A stretch of 44,191 nucleotides of DNA, the filler included, from Catajapyx aquilonaris (lineage: Eukaryota), in NCBI GenBank assembly GCA_000934665.2. It is 2 parts of 2 records of this genome, joined end to end, with 100 filler letters (N's around TTAATTAATTAA, not from the genome) between each part and the next. Parts side by side here need not be neighbours in the genome. Positions count along the whole stretch, not along the records: positions 22,136 to 44,191 come from JYFJ02005927.1; 1 more part is not named here. The stretch is one strand, 5' to 3'. Numbering within the stretch: the first letter of the stretch is position 1; every line of letters begins with the position of its first letter. The notes below the pieces were generated by a model that was not told the DNA's origin, made no database searches, and saw only the letters and a list, made by a program, of their open reading frames with translations. This document shows positions 36,201-44,191 of this stretch, in pieces. The position numbers were made by a program, and so were the translations under genes.

Positions 36201-39200
36201 GCCAGAGCTCCATCTGTTAGGAGGGAATGCGTCTCTTTGTGAAGTTTGTCCAAAAGGATCGTTGAACCGGCCATCAGGATCTCCATAGGGTGCGTACATT
36301 ACGTGTACCAAACTTGTACTCGAGCCAATAGGATTGGTTCTGGACAAATTCCAGAGAGTGTCCCCTACCCACTTCTGCAAAGAAAAAAAAAACTGACCAC
36401 TGCAAATACAGCAAGTAATGTTGTACAAATATTACAACATCGTAAGATAACCGACCATAACCTTGGTTCAAGTGCAAGGCCCAGTGAGAGGGTATTATCC
36501 TCAGGGTACTTAATAAGCAAGCTGTGTCTTGGTAAATAGCTCTGCGGGGCAGCTATTATTTAGTGTCAGTGGCCTTTGAAGCCTCTCTCTCTCCCCTGCC
36601 AGAAACCCCCTTTGGCAGAACATGCTCCTTTGAGTGTCCAACATTCAAGTCTTCGAGATAGGAACGTGGCCTTTCCACAATCGTAACTTGGAAGATGCGA
36701 ATCTGGTTCATCTTCGTGACGAGTTTACAATCGCTGCTAGAGACAGCTCTTGCATGACAAGAAGTCGTTAAAGACGCGATTTTTTTTTTACCAGTAGAAA
36801 TAACTGAGAAAGGGATAAGTAAGTGGCTTATTGGTTTAAGAAATCCAACAATATCGCTAATAAATCGTGTTTTGTGGAAGGGTGAGGTTGGTCACACCGC
36901 AGTAGCCGCAACATGTTAGCAAAATTTCACTGCGATAATTACACTGCTGATGTTATCGTACGAATATTCTTCCGTCCCACAAGTTTTCACTTCCAAAAGA
37001 TAGGGATCGACTGCAGTTGCAGTTACCCTTGGTCATAACCTGGAGGTCGTCGTAGTTCCAGGAAAATAACTGCATCAAAATATATAGCAGAAATAAAACG
37101 TAAAACGGGATTTTTTTCAGCCTGAGTGTCATCTCTTCCCGATAGTGTACCTAGTCCAGTTTACTCAGTAATTAGCCCCAATTACTGATCACAATGTTGG
37201 GTACGGTTGGGCTGTTTCCGATCGAGCAAACCGCTGGAATTGTCTTGCAGCAGTAGCCTGCTGAGAAACAACTTTCCCTTCACACCGTTAGGGAAGGGAG
37301 GGGCTATTGGGAATCTTCCGGTGAAATAGATTAATTTCCCACACAAGTCGGTGGTTGCGTGCACGTTTGTCTGAGCCGCAACCTACTAGTAGCCGTCGCA
37401 GGGAAAGGACAAGACATCGGCACAATTTCTCCCAAATAATTCTCAGATATTTGTTGCTACAGATTTCACCAGTATATGACATTGAAATACACCTGCCAAT
37501 TGCGCGACGCACATGCTTACGTCATACCACATGTGTTACCGCAACTTTGAACCTGCACCTGATCGTATTACAATGTCTCAAATATCACCGTACCCTTCAG
37601 GAGAAAACCATAGGATGCGACATGTTTTAATACCCTATCCGGAAGTGATAGTGACGTCAGTAGGGGGAGGCTGGAGGAGGTTGTGGTGGGGACCTGAATA
37701 CAATAAGATACGTCCTTGGTCTGGCTCATTAGTCAGTAGTGCCGACGGAGCATGGAGAGGCAGAGGCGCCTGCTGATGTGTAAGGGTGCGTGAAAAAATG
37801 TCTCTTTGGAGGCACAAGTGGGCACCCAGGCGTAGGAACAAATGGGGCACATATAGGAAGAGCGTGCGGAGGGCGGCGCCGTCGCAGGATGTGGATGGAC
37901 AGTTCCATCAGACTCTTCGGGCCAAGAACTGGTACACGTGGCTCGGAAGGTATACCAAAAACTCTTAGTCCAACTGGGCGGGCTGTAATGTGTAAAAGAA
38001 GAAGAAAAAAAAGTTAGAAAGTGTGAGAATTAGTGGCAATCATGATTGGCATGATACCGTTTACATTACCAGAGGGCATGGTTAGAGATATTCAACGCAG
38101 AGTAACGGGAATCATGATTTGAGTATGTGGATATCGTCGGTGATCTTAACAATGGGGGCTTGATGATTGAATGGGCGGAGGAAACATTTCAAAGGTGTGT
38201 GGTGTCTTTGGTCGTCCTATCACCGCTAGTTGACTCGGGTAATCTATTCTTCATGACTATTGTGGCATACATTTTCTCAGGCATTTTACGGTACTTTTTA
38301 GGCTACGAATCATCAAGAGATGTTTCACACTTTTGACAAGTGCATTATGTCTGTTGCGCTCTGTAGATATTCCCAAAAGTACATTGGTTCCCACAGAAAA
38401 ACTACATTGAACAGTGCCCTCCAAGCATAATATGTGACCTTTTGCTTCATTACACCAACAACCATAATTGAGGCTAATAATAGCATTTTGCTCAGTTAAG
38501 CCCAATTACCAACAGCTCAGTTCATTGCCTCCCATCCTGCATTTTCATCCGCCATTTTTATGTCGGTTTCAACATTTTTGTCCACTGTCATAATAGGACA
38601 TTCCGGTCCAATTCCACGCCTGTAAGGAAGACGATTGATCAGAAAATGGCCATAAAATGAGGAAGACTGCTGGCCTTGGTAGAGAAGGCCGCAAAAAATA
38701 CGTCACTTCCTGCGTTCCGCATCCGGAACGAGGTCGAATATTTCATCGCCGCAAATACGGATCCGATTATCGGCAACATTGAAACAAAAGTCACAAGGAC
38801 CGCCGTCGTCACGGATAGTAGTTCAGCCCGTCCCTACTTTTGCACCGGGTGTTACCGCAATTATTTAACGAGCCAGATTATTACTTGGCATGATTGCCTA
38901 CTTTCATGGAATCACGTGGGAACTTTGCGTGGGACCAGTCAGAAACAGAAAAAAAAAAAGCTGCATCCGGACAGGGTGCCCTTGGTACAATCATCCAGAT
39001 TGTCCCCAACGTATAAGCCTGACAACAACCTATTTTTCGTGATTTATCTCGATTCCGTATTCAGCTTTTTTTACGTACTAGGCACATTGCCAGAGTCGGA
39101 TATGACTATGCAAATAGTCCGAATAGAATCGATTGTTAGGTGTCTTCCGGATATAATGTCGGAGCGGTTATCAACCTCAATGTCCTCGATTTGCCATCTT

Positions 39201-40751
39201 TTGTTGCAGACTCGGATGGAATCTCGGTCAGTTCTTTTTCGTCCAGCCTAAGATTACTTCCCCCTTCAACTGACTTCCATCCAGAGCCATTTTATTTTTT
39301 TTCTCACGCTCACTACCACATTGGCATGCTTCTGGGACTTCGCATGCACGAAACCTGATTCCACTCCAATAGGGAGAGTGAATGGAACATATTTTTCTGG
39401 GTGTGTTTGGAATAGGTCAAAATCATAGGTGTTCAATGATGGAATTACATGATGCGGATGAGTTATTGCAATATATTGGGGGCGAGATACGTGGGACATG
39501 AGGGTAATTTGAGGAATGAGGTCGCAGCTTTTTTAAATATTTTGGGAGTCAAAAGTTCAGGGTGCACACTGTATCAATTTCAGTTGAGATTGCATAGGCT
39601 CATTTGACAACATTGTGGAGTTCAGTGTCCATGCTTGTAATGTGCTATTTTACAATGAGACTTTCTATTTTCCTTTTCTTTATGAGCAACAATGCAAGGT
39701 GGAAGTTACCACCTTATGGCATGTTTCCCAGAATGCCGTGAAAGTGCTGTAATTTCGGCGACTTTGGTTGCGTCAAATTGAGGTTCGCGTAAATAAGAAA
39801 ACAGAACAATTGATAATGTTGCATATACCAGCAGTTTCAGGAATTGAACTAACAACATTATTAGCTCCTGGTGATGTACAGTAACAGCTGTAGTACCAGT
39901 ACTGTAATTGTGACGATGAATAATTATTAAAATCAACTAGTAATGTAATTTGGCCTAATAAATCTTTCGCTGGACAGTCCTCATTTCTGTGTTGCACATC
40001 ATACATAATTAAGGGGTCATTTCTTATGGTAAATCAAATGTTGCATGTGTGGCCCTGAGGAAATGTCACTCGCACTCTCCCATCAGCATTCATAGTTGGG
40101 TAATGATGACTCATTGTCATTATTCCCGATACATAAAATCAAGGTACTGCATATGACACACAATATTGTTTCAAGTACCTTGACACCAAACAGGTACAAC
40201 GACAGGAGACAGGATGCTGCAGTTATTAGTGCATTTGCACACTGATGACTATTTTCGAACCAAAGCACCCAGTGTGTTCACAGTGAAATATACCAATTCA
40301 TAAATGATTGCGAAAACAACAATCACAATTAATGCAGTTATTGGATTACCTCCAGCCTTAATTCTCAGAAAATTATTAATCTGACCACCATTCATTCACA
40401 TCAAAGCTTTACAGTCAGTAAAATAATTGATACACTAGCTAAGCTACAAACTGCTCACACATTGCAAGCAACACTAATATTTTTGCAAAGAATCACAACA
40501 CACAAATTGCACCACAAATTACCAAGACCTTCACGCGCCTTCACGTCTGCCCTTAATTGACAGCTTCTCTGCAGCATCCATCCGTGCCAAAAAGTTGCAT
40601 GTGGCCTTGGTTGATATATGACATGACATACGGAAGAGAGAAATATAAGAGCCTGACTCTACCCTCTAGCCACTTCAGCCAGGTGGAACCTACATAACCA
40701 CTCCTCTAAGACATTACTATGCATTCATTCTCCTTTACATCTCCTAAACAG

Positions 40752-40973
40752 CCAGCTGGAGGCAGAGCTACGAGAAGAGCGAAGTAAAGAGAGTGTGTTG
40801 GGCCGCCAGAGCACCTTGTCTAACAAGAACTGCATCCGATGCCTCAAGCCCTTCCCTCTACTCTTTGCTCGTAAGAGAACCTGCAAAGACTGTGGATTCA
40901 TGGTCTGTGGCAACTGCTGCCAGGAAGATCCACGAAACGGCAACTGGATCTGCAACGCCTGCTCTAAAAGAAG
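40752..40973 (+). CDS. MyRIP/Slac2-like, FYVE-type zinc-finger exon
   Basis: QLEAELREERSKESVLGRQ..NCIRCLKPFPLLFARKRTCKDCGFMVCGNCC..WICNACSKR: the rabphilin/Slac2 Cys pattern. Confidence 0.88.
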
Positions 40974-41239
40974 GTGAGCGTTATGGTTAGGTCATTTCCA
41001 CATTTCCAGTTGGGGTTCCAGGAAAAATTAATAAGACAATAATAATACAGTACTGTCTTAGGAAAAATCACAGCCCATAAGGGGGATTATCCTATGTTAT
41101 AATGATTCAACAATACAAGTTTGTTTGCAATACCTGTATGGTAAAAAGGGCAATCAATTGTATAATAATTAGTATGCATTAATGATTATTATTACCACAA
41201 TCATGTCATTACCGTTCCTATAAATGTTCGTTCTTCCAG

Positions 41240-41364
41240 GGCACACCAACTTCTCACTGAAACCTGGTTGAATGAACCGTCGCTCCCAACAGTGGAGGTA
41301 ATCAACAGGACTCTGGCAGGGGCTCACAGAGACAGTGCAATAGCTCATCACGCTATACGTGAAT
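41240..41364 (+). CDS. MyRIP-like exon (SHD2 region)
   Basis: AHQLLTETWLNE..; phase 2 in, T|GTAAGT out. Confidence 0.7.
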
Positions 41365-41446
41365 GTAAGTAAAAGTAATCCTGGAAGATGTGACAAATGA
41401 TAAGTGCAGAAAATTCCTGACTTTCCTTTCCATTACCTCTTTATAG

Positions 41447-41539
41447 CTGACTCGGAGAATGATTCTGGTTATGCACCTTCGGTAAGTCCTGGTGGTCGAG
41501 TTCCTCAATCTCCAGACGACCAGGCGAATGAAAGTGAAG
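41447..41539 (+). CDS. MyRIP-like exon
   Basis: SDSENDSGYAPSVSPGG..ESE; the phase-1 donor at 41540 is needed for frame. Confidence 0.6.
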
Positions 41540-41598
41540 GTACTGCGGATATTCCAGGGTTTTAAAAAATGAGAAATTAAACCGTACTTTGATTTCAG

Positions 41599-41724
41599 GT
41601 GGGGCAGATAGTGACACCACAACAGCAGAAGTAAGGGCACATATTGAGAGGCTAGTGGTGAACAAACTTGGTTCTGGTCTGGATACAGAAGCATTCAGTA
41701 CTTCAGAATTCTCAGGACCATACT
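41599..41724 (+). CDS. MyRIP-like exon
   Basis: GADSDTTTAEVRAHIERLVVNKLGSGLD..; AG/GT-bounded. Confidence 0.75.
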
Positions 41725-41938
41725 GTAAGTAGTATAACAAATTCAATGTGAAAGAAACAACCGTGTGTAGTAAAACAAGTAAAAAAAAACAACAACATGC
41801 ATTCCACAAGAAATTAACATTAGCATATGTTATTAGTTATTACCGAACAACTGACACTACTACAGTATATCACTGTCATCATCATCCATACACTATATGT
41901 GGTACCGTATATTTCTCATATTTGTGCACTCAATTCAG

Positions 41939-42022
41939 ATGAGGAGCTGAATGACAAGTACCAAGTCCCCATAGCACAAGCAGTAAGGAACTTGACTGCA
42001 GCACTTGTGGCTGGACTTCAAC
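41939..42022 (+). CDS. MyRIP-like exon
   Basis: YEELNDKYQVPIAQAVRNLTAALVAGLQ; AG/GT-bounded and in phase. Confidence 0.75.
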
Positions 42023-42104
42023 GTGAGTTCCAATAACCATTGCCTACCTATAGTACCATACACTTTGTACCTGATGTAAATAGCTTTATTTATGATTTTA
42101 ACAG

Positions 42105-42470
42105 GACGTCCCGCAGGAGAGAAAGTGACAGCTACCAGTGCTCATGCCAACCTGACTGTCCTTTTAGAAGACTTGAAAGCAGAAGCTGAAAATATGCCAG
42201 CTGCACAGCTGAAGCACCGAGTCAAAAGGAAAACACAAAATGGAAGGAACAATGCAGTGGACAGTGAAGAGGAAGGAAGAAGGCCGCTCTCTTCCTTGCC
42301 ATATGAGGAGCTCTTGGCAAAGGCCATCATCAGTCATGTGGTGAGTCAGCGATTGGAAATGAACCCCAGTGAACCCGAAGTGGCATATCTAGAAGAAGAG
42401 GAAGAAAATGAGGTGGCTGAATTTCAACAAGAGCCAGTCCAATCCCTGCCAGTGAAAATCAAACATATAA
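42105..42470 (+). CDS. MyRIP-like exon
   Basis: RPAGEK..SAHANL..PYEELLAKAIISHVV..; AG/GT-bounded and in phase. Confidence 0.8.
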
Positions 42471-42545
42471 GTAAGTCCTCTTTCAATTGTATTTGATTGA
42501 CAATGGCAGACATTACTATTGATACACTATATTCCTTCTCTGTAG

Positions 42546-42643
42546 CACAAATTGAAGTTGGTGTCCAATCTGACATGGCTAGTCTGGATGATGAGGAAGA
42601 TGATGAAGTGTTTGATGGAGAACTGGAACCTGTTGCTGTTACA
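42546..42643 (+). CDS. MyRIP-like exon (acidic)
   Basis: QIEVGVQSDMASLDDEEDDEVFDGELEPVAVT; in phase. Confidence 0.75.
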
Positions 42644-42895
42644 GTGAGTATTGAAATTTAAATTAATTTATTATTAAATTGATTATTAAATTAATTAGAC
42701 TATAACTGTAAAACTATCACTAGGCAGTGTAATAAACTACTATTCCAGATCTATAAATCAGCCTCTGTACATTTTTACCGATTCTTTGAAAAGTAACATT
42801 GAAGGCCAATATTATTATGCAGATTCTCATAAACTTCAAAACTGGGAAAAAAATATAGGCAAGGACAAATGGACACTATAATCTTACATGTGCAG

Positions 42896-43397
42896 GTAGA
42901 AGAAGTGGAAGAAGTTACCATGACATTTGAAGAAAATGATGATGACAGCTTAAACGAAGACCTTCCATCATTCAACCTTGGTACAGGAAAAGTTCCATTC
43001 CCTGAGCTGGGAGTGGATTTGGTTGAAACCCAAGATGCAGCAAAGCTCGATGATGATAATGAAGAAAGTGAAGAAAGTGATGAAGATGAAGATGAAGATG
43101 AAGAAGCAGGTCCAGCAAGTGAATCACTACAAGACAGAAGGGCATCAACAGCTTCAAATCCTTCTGAGAGGATGTTGGCATCAGACACTTGGGAAGAAAA
43201 CTGGCTGTTTAAACGAAGAAAATTTGCTGGAGGTGCCAAGATGGCACCTGATGCAGTTCCAATGTTGGTGCCAAACCCTGCAGATGGTGTCAAAGCCACC
43301 GTGGGTGACCGTCAAGCAGATGAACTCTCTGATTTATCAGACACACCTTCATCACCTCCACCTTCACCACTTATGACAGTACCACTGGATTCACTTG
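42896..43397 (+). CDS. MyRIP-like exon (acidic; WEENWLF and VPMLVPNP motifs)
   Basis: Long open frame VEEVEEVT..KVPFPELG..SDTWEENWLFKRRK..VPMLVPNP..VGDRQADELSDLS; donor G|GTTAGT. Confidence 0.82.
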
Positions 43398-43470
43398 GTT
43401 AGTGGAATTAGGAGTGAGATTTGTATCTAACTACACAAATATTTAAATTGCATTAATAATAATTTGGTAG

Positions 43471-43701
43471 GTGTCCCGGCAGAACAAGATGGAGAATACA
43501 CTGAAGCATATGCCACTCTTGCCAAGCGGTCCAAAAGTCCTGTCCCACTCCCACGCAGTACATGCAGTCAGATGGCATCACCAGAGGTTACCTCTACATC
43601 TGCTCTTAGATTCTCAGTTGCACCTGAGAGTTTGGTCATCCCGAAGGGAAAGGCTGCTCGATTTGTGTGTCGTCTTGAAAATTTATCAGATGAAGTGCAA
43701 G
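43471..43701 (+). CDS. MyRIP-like exon, start of I-set Ig domain 1
   Basis: ..FSVAPESLVIPKGKAARFVCRLE..; in phase. Confidence 0.78.
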
Positions 43702-43764
43702 GTAATATTATAGAAATATGTCAATATTTATATTCAACTAACAATACTTACTTAACCTCCACAG

Positions 43765-43944
43765 TGACCTGGATATGTGGTGATAAAACCTTAATGCCTG
43801 ACGACCGAATTGCCATGTACAACAACGACACCACATACCATTTAGATATCTATGAAACAACTCCTCCCGACTCAAACTCGTACATTTGCCAAGTCCAGAG
43901 TGGAAATAGCATTATATGGGCTGATTTTGACCTCAAGATAGAAG
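43765..43944 (+). CDS. MyRIP-like exon, rest of I-set Ig domain 1
   Basis: VTWICGDKTL..YHLDIYETTPPDSNSYICQV..FDLKIE (Ig W, L-x-I and D-x-x-x-Y-x-C motifs). Confidence 0.8.
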
Positions 43945-44025
43945 GTGAGATTATTATTCAACCATTATTTAGGAAATGTCTCAAACCTGCCTGCTACAAC
44001 AATGGCTTTTTGTTTCATGGTACAG

Positions 44026-44191
44026 AAAATTCCAACCCACCTGTAATGCCAACTTGCCTCAATTTCTCTGATGACATGTACATCAAAGAAGGACAGCCAG
44101 CAGTTATCTCCTGTAAATTTGATGGACATCCAGAACCCCGAGTTCAATTTAGGAAGGGGTCTCGGCAAATTGCAGATATAAAGGGTGTCTA
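44026..44191 (+). CDS. MyRIP-like exon, I-set Ig domain 2 (truncated by window end)
   Basis: PT..FSDDMYIKEGQPAVISCKFDGHPEPRVQFRKG: I-set E-G-x-x-A-x-x-x-C..G-x-P-x-P motif. Confidence 0.78.

Noticed and set aside
38676..39251. 191-aa plus-strand ORF in the long intron
   Set aside because: Non-ATG start, no domain motif, and no compatible splice structure identified.
41482..41487. Strong-looking donor GTAAGT within a MyRIP-like exon
   Set aside because: Phase 0 would hit a stop in the next exon; the donor at 41540 keeps the frame. Alternative use is not excluded.
42775..43376. Ser-rich minus ORF and Met/Lys-rich alternative-frame ORF
   Set aside because: Alternative readings of the acidic GAA/GAT-rich exon.

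Overview
Eukaryotic (invertebrate, arthropod-like) genomic DNA with spliceosomal introns. A 100-bp N44-TTAATTAATTAA-N44 assembly spacer at 22036-22135 divides it into two halves that may not be truly adjacent. Left half: the last four coding exons of CEP131/AZI1 (+, including a GC-AG intron), set in a dense, repeatedly nested collection of non-autonomous transposons (internally deleted mariner, Tc1/pogo, PIF/Harbinger, hAT and Sola-like MITEs, Helitron-like pieces, tRNA-SINEs). It also holds a divergent Myc-like bHLH-ZIP gene (-, 19802-20578) whose bHLH loop is split by an in-frame 84-bp intron and whose basic region is atypical, a decayed C2H2 zinc-finger remnant and a second mariner relic. 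Right half: the 5' four coding exons of a KIAA0513 homolog (-), cut off at the spacer, lying head-to-head with a MyRIP/Slac2-like Rab-effector gene (+). That gene has an Slp-homology domain split by a 13.5-kb first intron, an acidic middle region and at least two C-terminal I-set Ig domains, and it runs off the window. All exon models were assembled by hand from splice signals and frame continuity. Homology calls rest on recalled motifs, not database searches.
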